A stretch of DNA of 64,000 nucleotides from Syntrophales bacterium (lineage in GTDB: Bacteria > Desulfobacterota > Syntrophia > Syntrophales > CG2-30-49-12). The notes under the pieces were generated by a model, which made no database searches, was not told the DNA's origin, and was given only the letters and a program-made list of their open reading frames with translations. Numbering within the stretch: position 1 is the first letter of the stretch; every line of letters begins with the position of its first letter. The translations under genes were made by a program, and so were the position numbers. Location of the stretch: positions 7,619-71,618 of the forward strand of contig JBAZOY010000004.1 in the NCBI GenBank assembly GCA_041648505.1, read 5' to 3'. This document shows positions 54,901-61,480 of the stretch, piece by piece.

Positions 54901-56420
54901 GCAGAAACTACAGTATCCACAGAAATGGTAAATTCAGAACCCTTGATCGGTGTGGGGCGGCTCCGTCCACCCGTATCTGCTTTACCCAGTTCCATGCGGA
55001 TGCACTCAATACCGGTTACCTTTCCCTCACTCCCAAGTATTTTGACCGGTGCAGCGAGAGACTTCATCCTGATACCTCCGCCTTCCGGTATCTCTCCTGC
55101 AGAAGCGGTTACCTCGGTACCGGAGGTTTTGTAAAGGATAAAGGAATCATCAGTACCAGCCATTACGGCAGTACGATCGGCACCGGAGGTTTTGTAAAGG
55201 ATAGAGACTTCCTTGGAACCGGTTTTAATTGCCTGCCGATAGACATCCATCGCTATATTTCCGGAACCGATAATGGCAATATGATCGCCTACCTTCTCTC
55301 CTGCCCCCGTCCGCTTGAGAAAATCAATCCCCTCGACTACACCCTTTAGATCTTTTCCCGGGATATTAAGTTTCGCACCGGTACTAGAACCGACCGCGAT
55401 AAAGATGGCATCGTATTGTTTACGCAGGTCATCCATGGAGACATCTATACCTACACGTGTATTCGTCCTGATGTCTACCCCTAGATCCTCAATGATCTTT
55501 ATTTCACTATCAATGACCTTCCTGGGAAGACGGGATTCAGGGAAACCAAGAGTTAACCAGTTACCGGCAAGGGCTTCAAATACAACAACCTGGTAACCAT
55601 CAACGGCCAGATAGTAGGCAGCAGCGAGGCCTGCAGGTCCGGCTCCGATAACAGCCACCTTTTTATCTTTCTTCTCTTTAATTTTAGGGAGATATCTTGT
55701 CTCTTCGTTTAAATCGAGGTCGGCTACAAAGCGGTGCAGATGCATGATGTCAATGGCTTCATCAACATCTTTCCTCCTGCAGGCCCGCTCGCAGGGATGA
55801 CTACAGACTCTGCCGCAAACGGCAGGAAAAGGATTGTCTTTTTTGATGAGTTTCAGGGCTTCTTCGAACCTTCCCTCTCCAATAAGGGCAACAAAACCAC
55901 AAACGCTTATATGGGCAGGACACGCCGCCTTACAGGGTGAAGTCCCTGTTTTATCAATAGCAAAGGCAGCCGGTATAGCCTGCGGGAAATGCCTGTAAAT
56001 GGCCTTTCTCATGTTCAGATTTTCATTAAACTCTGCCTGAACAGAGATGGGGCATACATTGGCACACTCACCACAGCCCGTACATTTGTCAATGTCAACA
56101 AATCTCGGCGACTTCGTCAATTTTACTGTAAAATGCCCCGGCTGGCCTTGGACGTCATTAACCGTTCTTCCAGTAAGGATTTCGACATTCGGATGTCGTC
56201 CCACTTCCACCAGTTTGGGAGAAAGGATACAGGCAGAACAGTCGTTGGTGGGAAAGGTCTTGTCAAGCTGGGCCATGACTCCGCCAATACTGATACTATT
56301 TTCGACAAGGTATACCTTTATTCCGGAATTTGCCAGGTCAAGGGAAGCCTGAATCCCTGCTATGCCCGATCCCACAATCATCACCGCGCCGATTTTTTCA
56401 TTATCTTTCAACACATTCAC
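51948..56420 (-). CDS. hdrL: giant HdrA-family flavoprotein (HdrL-type): two HdrA modules with a GltD-like NAD(P)H module inserted in the first
   Basis: The 1490-aa ORF is uninterrupted. FAD motifs are GSGIAGIQASLDLA and IGGGLAGITAALSLA, and the HdrA CVGSRD motif occurs twice. The central segment PFPAVCGRVCSHPCERAC...VAVIGAGPAGLAAAYYLA parallels NfnB in this same window. Several ferredoxin CxxCxxCxxxC motifs are present. Confidence 0.88.
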   Translation of the reverse strand: MNVLKDNEKIGAVMIVGSGIAGIQASLDLANSGIKVYLVENSISIGGVMAQLDKTFPTNDCSACILSPKLVEVGRHPNVEILTGRTVNDVQGQPGHFTVKLTKSPRFVDIDKCTGCGECANVCPISVQAEFNENLNMRKAIYRHFPQAIPAAFAIDKTGTSPCKAACPAHISVCGFVALIGEGRFEEALKLIKKDNPFPAVCGRVCSHPCERACRRKDVDEAIDIMHLHRFVADLDLNEETRYLPKIKEKKDKKVAVIGAGPAGLAAAYYLAVDGYQVVVFEALAGNWLTLGFPESRLPRKVIDSEIKIIEDLGVDIRTNTRVGIDVSMDDLRKQYDAIFIAVGSSTGAKLNIPGKDLKGVVEGIDFLKRTGAGEKVGDHIAIIGSGNIAMDVYRQAIKTGSKEVSILYKTSGADRTAVMAGTDDSFILYKTSGTEVTASAGEIPEGGGIRMKSLAAPVKILGSEGKVTGIECIRMELGKADTGGRSRPTPIKGSEFTISVDTVVSAVGQTRELVSPEGEGGTSINEWSVLEVDPITLATGIEGVFAQDVETGPATVVKTINIGKEAAVSIDRYFKGEDVGAGRERDWTKGLAEKVDVSDVEEAARVEMPKLEPAARKSPNDEVALGLPEEGAVYEAKRCLNCGICSECYRCVDVCIADAIDHSMVSEEETIDVGAIIAAPGFDIFYAPLRGEYGFGIYKNVVTSLQFERILSASGPYFGHIQRPSDAKEPKKIAFIQCVGSRDVSCGNSWCSSVCCMYATKEAIVGKEHLKTLEPTIFFMDIRAHGKDFDRFVNRAKEEYGIKYIRSIPSTIKELQQTKNLLLKYIQEDGSIIEEEFDMVILSVGLTPPPDAAKLADSLGIELEEHGFCKTALDNPVQTSREGVFVCGAFGGPKDIPETVMEASGAVACAEGLLAAQRGTMIRAIDVPLEKDIRGIGPRIGAFICHCGINIGGVVDVPAVVEYVKTLPSVVYATEGLFACSQDSAVKMAEIIKEYELTRVVVASCSPRTHEGLFQENCEKAGLNKYLFEMANIRDQNSWVHMNEPEAATEKAKDLVRMAVAKAQYLKPLKPGQLSVNRAALVIGGGLAGITAALSLARQGFESYVVEKEKELGGNYRHLCYTLEGLDTRKYMDDILAQVENNPLIHVFKGAKITKIEGFIGNYKTTVGAGDGEHAFEHGVVIVATGAYELKTDEYLYGKNESVVTQRELEARIHEKGSQIMGANSVVMIQCVGSRDAERPYCSRYCCSQAIKNALKLKDIDPKKDVTIIYRDIRTFGFKEDYYKKAREANVKFIRYDEDRKPEVTGDGAQISVKVFDPVLSEQVEIKTDILALSMGTTANPENDVIGKMLKVPTNQDGFFLEAHVKLRPVDFATDGVFMCGLAHSPKFSSEAITQANAAVSRACTILTKDYLEAEGKTAYVRKERCAACGLCEANCPFGAIAVDPNEGCAVVNAVLCKGCGVCTASCRMNAVDLNGFDNEEILAQIRAF

Positions 56421-56510
56421 ACCTCAATTATAGCGGAGATAGCACTCCGCCTACCATGGTCTGGTTTTTGTGTCAAGCTCCATTTTCAAGATCTCTGAAA
56501 AGTAGCCCCC

Positions 56511-57671
56511 CTATCTAATCTCCACTTCCCGGTAATAGTACCTCAGGATATCGTTGTACGAGTAACCTTCGCGGGCCATTGTGTAGGCGCCCCACTGACT
56601 CATGCCGACACCATGGCCGTATCCTTTGCCTTCAAAACAGAGGCCATGATCATCTTCCGTCATTTTAAAAAGAGTGCTTCTTATCAATGTAGGACCTACC
56701 TTGAGCCTGAAGTCATTACCGCTCATGATCATTTCCCCGCCGCTGTGAACCACCTTGATCTTTAAAACTCTACCCGACGGGCTCATTTTGATAGGTATCA
56801 CCTCCTCTATCCGACCCGTAATAAGCCCGTTTTCATTAAAGGCTCTTCCGATATCATCAAGTGACAGGGAGAGCTTCCATAAAGAATTCGGGACACTCTT
56901 GCTATACTCATCACGAATCATCTTTAGATAGGGAAGCTTCATCGTCCACACATATTCGGCATCTTCCGTCATCCCTCCGCTGTTCGCATGAAAATATGGC
57001 AGAACAAGTTGACCATTATACAGGAGTACCCCCCCCCTTGTTTCATCGACGGCCCGGTTTGTCCTTTCAGTCTCCACATCTTTTCCTCCGTAAACCTGAG
57101 AGGTTATAGTAGCGCAAAGATCATAGTCTCTATTTTGGCTTTTCCCCTTATGATAAAGGGCATACGTTCTTGACACCACAGCCTGAGCCTTTAATGCTTC
57201 CATAGGCCATTGAGAAGACATTTCCCGGGGAACTACACCGTACAGGTATGCCTCCAGGTCCACTACATTAATAACATCCACCCCACTCCCCCTCCTCTGA
57301 ACAACCATTTTCCCCCGATAAGATTTGCCGTTTAAACTTAACACCCCGCCATCTGTAGGAATTATGGTAATTCTGTCAAGAGGTAAATTGACGCCATCCA
57401 GCCTTATATTGTCTTCTAAGATACGGAGGACGACAGTTTGTGCCCGGGTAAGGGTAACTTTTTCCTCAAAATCTCTGACCTCACATCGTGAAGTGGAACT
57501 AACACTGATGTGCTTGGCTCCGGACACGACTAATATCTTGATATTTTCGCCGCGGCCGGCCTCAAAGGCAGGCCCTTTACACATGGTACGCCTTGTATCA
57601 CGGGAAAAACATCCGCAGGCGCATAAAATCAAAGGTAATAACAATAGATAGATGATAAATTTTATCTTCAA
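56511..57671 (-). CDS. SpoIID/LytB-domain lipoprotein
   Basis: It has the TSQVYGG...YFHANSGGMTED and GHGVGMSQWGA motifs. A TTG at 57671 gives a lipoprotein-like signal (M)KIKFIIYLLLLPLILCAC. The longer ORF would overlap rnpB. Confidence 0.8.
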   Translation of the reverse strand: MKIKFIIYLLLLPLILCACGCFSRDTRRTMCKGPAFEAGRGENIKILVVSGAKHISVSSTSRCEVRDFEEKVTLTRAQTVVLRILEDNIRLDGVNLPLDRITIIPTDGGVLSLNGKSYRGKMVVQRRGSGVDVINVVDLEAYLYGVVPREMSSQWPMEALKAQAVVSRTYALYHKGKSQNRDYDLCATITSQVYGGKDVETERTNRAVDETRGGVLLYNGQLVLPYFHANSGGMTEDAEYVWTMKLPYLKMIRDEYSKSVPNSLWKLSLSLDDIGRAFNENGLITGRIEEVIPIKMSPSGRVLKIKVVHSGGEMIMSGNDFRLKVGPTLIRSTLFKMTEDDHGLCFEGKGYGHGVGMSQWGAYTMAREGYSYNDILRYYYREVEIR

Positions 57672-57707
57672 GATAACATACCCAGAGGGAACGGAGAGGG
57701 AAGGTAA

Positions 57708-58091
57708 GGTGTTGGACCGGATCATAAGCCGAGTTCTGTATCGCCTCGCGGTTACCCGGAAGGCGGCGATGATCATTCATCTGGGACAACAGTTGCCTGT
57801 TGCCTCAAGCGACACTACCCGAGAACATCGGACGGGCCACCCTCAAATGTTCTCCTATTTGGTCTTGCTCCGGATGGGGTTTACCAAGCTTTCCCGGTCA
57901 CCCGGGAAACTGGTGAGCTCTTACCTCGCCTTTTCACCCTTACCTGCCAGATGGCAGGCGGTATATTTTCTGTGGCACTTTCCTTAGGGTCACCCCCAGT
58001 CGCCGTTAGCGACCATCCTGCCCTGCGGAGCTCGGACTTTCCTCCAGCTCGGAAGAACCGGGCTGGCGATCATCTGATCTGCTCCAACACC
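57708..58091 (-). ncRNA. rnpB: RNase P RNA, bacterial type A
   Basis: The minus strand carries GGAGGAAAGTCCGAGCTCC, GGTAAGGGTGAAAAGG, AGGTAAGAGCTCACC, CCGGAGCAAGACCAAATAGG and ACAGAACTCGGCTTATGATC. These blocks are collinear with E. coli M1 RNA. P1 pairs GGTGTTGGAGCAGATC with GATCCGGTCCAACACC. Confidence 0.93.
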
Positions 58092-58245
58092 TTAACAAAC
58101 TGTAAACACTCAGGTTAATAGGCACAAAGTTACATAACGCACGTTTATAAAAATCGCACAAAGTCTCGTTTAAAAAGTTACTCCGTGATCCCTGTCTTAT
58201 GTATCCCCTTGTACTTACCTGAAAGTTTTGTAATACCGCCCAAAT

Positions 58246-58677
58246 TCATTCTAAACAGGCCTCATCAATGGCCTGATTGGCCAACCTGTCGGCCATCTTA
58301 TTTTTATCCCGGCCTATATGCTCTACAAGATACCAGTCAAGAAACTCCAGCAATCTTTTAACTTCTTTCATTAAGATCTTTAGTTTGTCGTTTTTCACCC
58401 GATAGGTGCCATTGATCTGATTAACCAGAAGTTCTGAATCGAGAAAAATATGAAGTTGTCTACAATGCATCCTGAGAGCTTCTTCCAAACCGATAATCAA
58501 TGCCCTGTATTCGGCCAGATTGTTCGTACACAAGCCCAGAAACTTTCTGACGTCCCCCACAACGTTACCTTCTTCATCCGTCAAGACGACACCGGCACCA
58601 CCATAACCGGGATTACCTCGGCAAGCCCCATCGGTATAAAGATTAAAGATCAAATCAGTCGTTTTTATTCTTGTCAT
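58246..58677 (-). CDS. rnhA: ribonuclease HI
   Basis: It has the LYTDGACRGNPG, EYRALIIGLE and DSELLVNQ catalytic motifs. The likely start is MTRIKT at 58677. Confidence 0.88.
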   Translation of the reverse strand: MTRIKTTDLIFNLYTDGACRGNPGYGGAGVVLTDEEGNVVGDVRKFLGLCTNNLAEYRALIIGLEEALRMHCRQLHIFLDSELLVNQINGTYRVKNDKLKILMKEVKRLLEFLDWYLVEHIGRDKNKMADRLANQAIDEACLE

Positions 58678-59374
58678 ACCAGTAGATAATCCTATTACAA
58701 TTCGGACATGATAATAGATCCAAAGACTTTTGCAACTCATTGTACAACTGGGGGGGCATATTCATGTGGCAGCCATCGCAAACTTCCTTCCACACAGATG
58801 CGACAGCTAAACCATTATTTAAAGTTTTAATTGTTTCATATTTCTTGAGAAGATTATTATTTATCCGCTCCCTGAGATCATTAATTTTCCGCTCGCAGGC
58901 TACAAGGTCAATATCAAGGGAAAGCATTTCCTTCTCAATTTTTTTCTTATCCTGTTCATACTGCTTCTGCTGAATTTCGAGTTTTTTCTCTCCCGTTTTT
59001 AATACAGTACTAATCCCGTCAATATCTTCCAGAAAAGAAATAATTTCATCCTCTATCTCAGAGTTCTTTTCCTCTGTAATCTCAATTTCTTTCAATATTG
59101 CCTGATATTCTTTATTGGTTTTTACTGTTAAGAGGCGTCCTTTACTATTTTTCAGATTCTCGTTTCCTCTCTTCAGTTTCTCTTCCTGTTCCCGATGCTT
59201 CTTATTCACTTCGTCAAGTTTCTTCCTGTCTTTCTCTACATCCGCATTGAAAGATTCAAGCTCCTCGTCTAATTTTATGATTAGGTGGGGCAGTTCTTTT
59301 TTCCTGGTATTTACTACGTTATTTTCTATCTCCACTTTTTGCAGCTCAATCAAAAGTGATAATTGCTCTCTCAA
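58655..59374 (-). CDS. coiled-coil protein with a C4 zinc ribbon (DUF164 / zf-RING_7 family)
   Basis: A long heptad-rich region is followed by CDGCHMNMPP...CPNCNRIIY. Confidence 0.8.
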   Translation of the reverse strand: MREQLSLLIELQKVEIENNVVNTRKKELPHLIIKLDEELESFNADVEKDRKKLDEVNKKHREQEEKLKRGNENLKNSKGRLLTVKTNKEYQAILKEIEITEEKNSEIEDEIISFLEDIDGISTVLKTGEKKLEIQQKQYEQDKKKIEKEMLSLDIDLVACERKINDLRERINNNLLKKYETIKTLNNGLAVASVWKEVCDGCHMNMPPQLYNELQKSLDLLSCPNCNRIIYWYDKNKND

Positions 59375-59409
59375 TAAGCAGCCCCTTTCATTTTAAGATT
59401 ATTGCGGCC

Positions 59410-59440
59410 AAAAAAAAGTGCACCATCTTACGGTGCACTT
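59410..59440 (-). terminator. rho-independent terminator after tRNA-Met
   Basis: The minus strand reads AAAGTGCACC GTAAGAT GGTGCACTTTTTTTT, an 8-bp stem, 7-nt loop and U-run. Confidence 0.8.
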
Positions 59441-59531
59441 TCTCTTAGGAAGTATATTTCTCGTATATAAATTTTCCCGATAGCTTATTTTCATTGTTAC
59501 TGCACAAACTGCTTCCACTCCTTGATACAGA

Positions 59532-59604
59532 TGGGCCCACCTGGGTTCGAACCAGGGACCGACCGGTTATGAGCCGGTTGCTCCACCAATTGAGCTATGG
59601 GCCC
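59532..59604 (-). tRNA. tRNA with anticodon CAT (elongator Met, or Ile2 if lysidine-modified); CCA not encoded
   Basis: The minus strand reads GGGCCCATAGCTCAATTGGTGGAGCAACCGGCTCATAACCGGTCGGTCCCTGGTTCGAACCCAGGTGGGCCCA and folds as a cloverleaf. It lacks the 1:72 mismatch and the three G-C pairs in the anticodon stem that mark initiator tRNAs. Confidence 0.9.
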
Positions 59605-59700
59605 GCTCGATCTTTCTAACTTTATTCTCATTTCTTGTCAATATTTAATTTCGTCTGTGGGACTTCGATACTCTTCTGTAAGAAGGGTCAGTCAATCTTC

Positions 59701-61392
59701 CTAATGCACCAACCTTGTTCTGCCTTCCCCTACCTTATATAGTTCTCGTCCCCCTGAGGAGGAATCCGGTCTTTCACTAATACCAAAGCGCATTCTCAGC
59801 ACCTTTTCCTCCCTAGGTGTCAGGGTAGTCAGTATTTTTCTTGTCTGTTCAACAAGATCCATCCTTATCGTTGCGTCTGAAGGAGATATAACCTTCTTGT
59901 CCTCTATAAAATCACCGAGGTGGCTGTCCTCCTCCTCACCTATAGGTGTCTCCAGGGATATAGGTTCCTTGGCAATCTTTAATACCTTCCGAACTTTCTC
60001 CTGAGGATATTCCATCTTGTTAGCAATCTCCTCGGGAGTAGGTTCTCTCCCCAATTCCTGAACCAAACAGCGGGAAGTTCTAATCAATTTATTAATCGTC
60101 TCGATCATATGCACGGGAATTCTTATTGTTCTCGCCTGGTCGGCTATGGCCCTTGTAATTGCCTGCCTGATCCACCATGTGGCATAAGTAGAGAACTTGT
60201 ATCCCCGCTGATATTCAAATTTATCCACAGCCTTCATTAACCCTATATTTCCTTCCTGTATCAAATCCAGAAATTGCAGCCCTCTATTAGTATATTTCTT
60301 CGCGATACTTACAACCAGGCGAAGGTTTGCTTCAACCAGTCTTCTTTTTGCTCTCTCCGCCTTCCTTTCTCCCCTCTCTACAGAAGTAACCACCTTCTTC
60401 AGAAAAGTAACTGGAATTTCCGTTTCCTCTACAATCTTCTTAATCTCCCCCTTAGCTTTCCTTACGATTACTTCATATTCTTTTAACCGGTCAACAGCAA
60501 TACCAGTTTGTCTGACCGCCAATTGCTCCTCATCCGGTGATATTTTCATAAGAGTCCATATCTTCTCCAGCTGAGCAATGGACATCACTGTTTCTTCTTT
60601 ACAAGAATGGATATCACTTTCTAACTTTTCTATTTCTGCTATATAATCCTTAAGCCTTAAAACCATACTTTCTATCTGTTTTTTGCCGAATCTTACTTGT
60701 CTGCACAGATGTATGATGGTTTTTCTGTTTTTTTCCTGTTTTGATTTGATGATCTTTTTCTGTATACTACCTATTTTCTTTTCTTTTAGTTTCTGCTTGA
60801 GACTGTCGTTCTTGTTGTACAGAACAGTTACCCTGTCAATAAGTTTCAGGACTCTTTCTTTATGGACATCTTCTTCTACAAAACCTTCTTCATCTTCGAG
60901 ATTATCTACAATGTTCTTTATGCGAACTTCGTCTCTCCTTAATCTCGCACCAATGTCCACCACATCCCTGACTGAAACTGCTGCGCTGAAAGCGGCGGTC
61001 ATAACCTCTCTGGCCCCTTCCTCTATCTTTTTTGCGATTTCGACTTCCTCCTCTCGGGACAGCAGAGATACAAGCCCCATTTCATGGAGGTATATTTTCA
61101 CCGGGTCACCTGTCTTAACAACAGGGCTCATAAGATCATAAGTGCTTGCACTCTTAGTTGCAGAGGTTTCCTCTTCCTCCTCTACTGCTTTTTTCACGAC
61201 AAGCTTTTCACCCTTTTCCGAATCAATAATGTCGATATTCTTCTCACCAAAAAGCATGATAATGTCATCTATCTGATCAGAAGAAACATCAGATGGCAGT
61301 AAGTCGTTGACATCATCATAGGTTAGAAACCCCTTTTCCTCCCCCAGTGAAATCAGTTTGCTGAACTCTTCGGATCCTATTTTCTTCCTCAT
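59701..61392 (-). CDS. rpoD: primary-type RNA polymerase sigma factor RpoD with a degenerate C-terminus (region 4.2 not intact)
   Basis: Regions 1.1 to 4.1 are canonical ([59 protein letters not shown]). After RMRFGI the frame reads [25 protein letters not shown] in place of the usual [28 protein letters not shown]. Confidence 0.85.
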   Translation of the reverse strand: MRKKIGSEEFSKLISLGEEKGFLTYDDVNDLLPSDVSSDQIDDIIMLFGEKNIDIIDSEKGEKLVVKKAVEEEEETSATKSASTYDLMSPVVKTGDPVKIYLHEMGLVSLLSREEEVEIAKKIEEGAREVMTAAFSAAVSVRDVVDIGARLRRDEVRIKNIVDNLEDEEGFVEEDVHKERVLKLIDRVTVLYNKNDSLKQKLKEKKIGSIQKKIIKSKQEKNRKTIIHLCRQVRFGKKQIESMVLRLKDYIAEIEKLESDIHSCKEETVMSIAQLEKIWTLMKISPDEEQLAVRQTGIAVDRLKEYEVIVRKAKGEIKKIVEETEIPVTFLKKVVTSVERGERKAERAKRRLVEANLRLVVSIAKKYTNRGLQFLDLIQEGNIGLMKAVDKFEYQRGYKFSTYATWWIRQAITRAIADQARTIRIPVHMIETINKLIRTSRCLVQELGREPTPEEIANKMEYPQEKVRKVLKIAKEPISLETPIGEEEDSHLGDFIEDKKVISPSDATIRMDLVEQTRKILTTLTPREEKVLRMRFGISERPDSSSGGRELYKVGEGRTRLVH

Positions 61393-61480
61393 ACCGGTTT
61401 CTCTCCCGTTTCATTTAAAATTCGGCATTCATTCACCGATGAATAATTGAGCAAGAACAACGGTGAAAGGACATAGACCA

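Noticed and set aside
51948-56420. Selenocysteine recoding in hdrL or mvhD, as reported for some Hdr/Mvh proteins
   Set aside because: Both ORFs are uninterrupted with Cys at the expected cluster positions. There is no in-frame TGA, so there is no basis to invoke a SECIS element.
53569-56498. Multiple plus-strand ORFs of 60-170 aa (for example 54709..55134 and 55989..56498)
   Set aside because: All are antisense shadows inside the 4.5-kb hdrL ORF. They have low-complexity Ser/Pro/Thr-rich translations and no motifs. The same reasoning applies to shadow ORFs inside fumA, eno, the efflux genes, ptsI, guaB, feoB, ribD, lpxK, korA and dnaG.
57672-57776. N-terminal 35 codons of ORF 56511..57776 (MIIAAFRVTARRYRTRLMIRSNTLPSLSVPSGYVI)
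   Set aside because: This part overlaps the 3' portion of RNase P RNA (57708..58091) on the same strand. The in-frame TTG at 57671 gives a normal lipoprotein signal, so the extension is most likely an ORF-calling artefact.
57652-57987. Plus-strand ORF of 111 aa
   Set aside because: It lies entirely antisense to rnpB. Its open frame is explained by the structured RNA gene.
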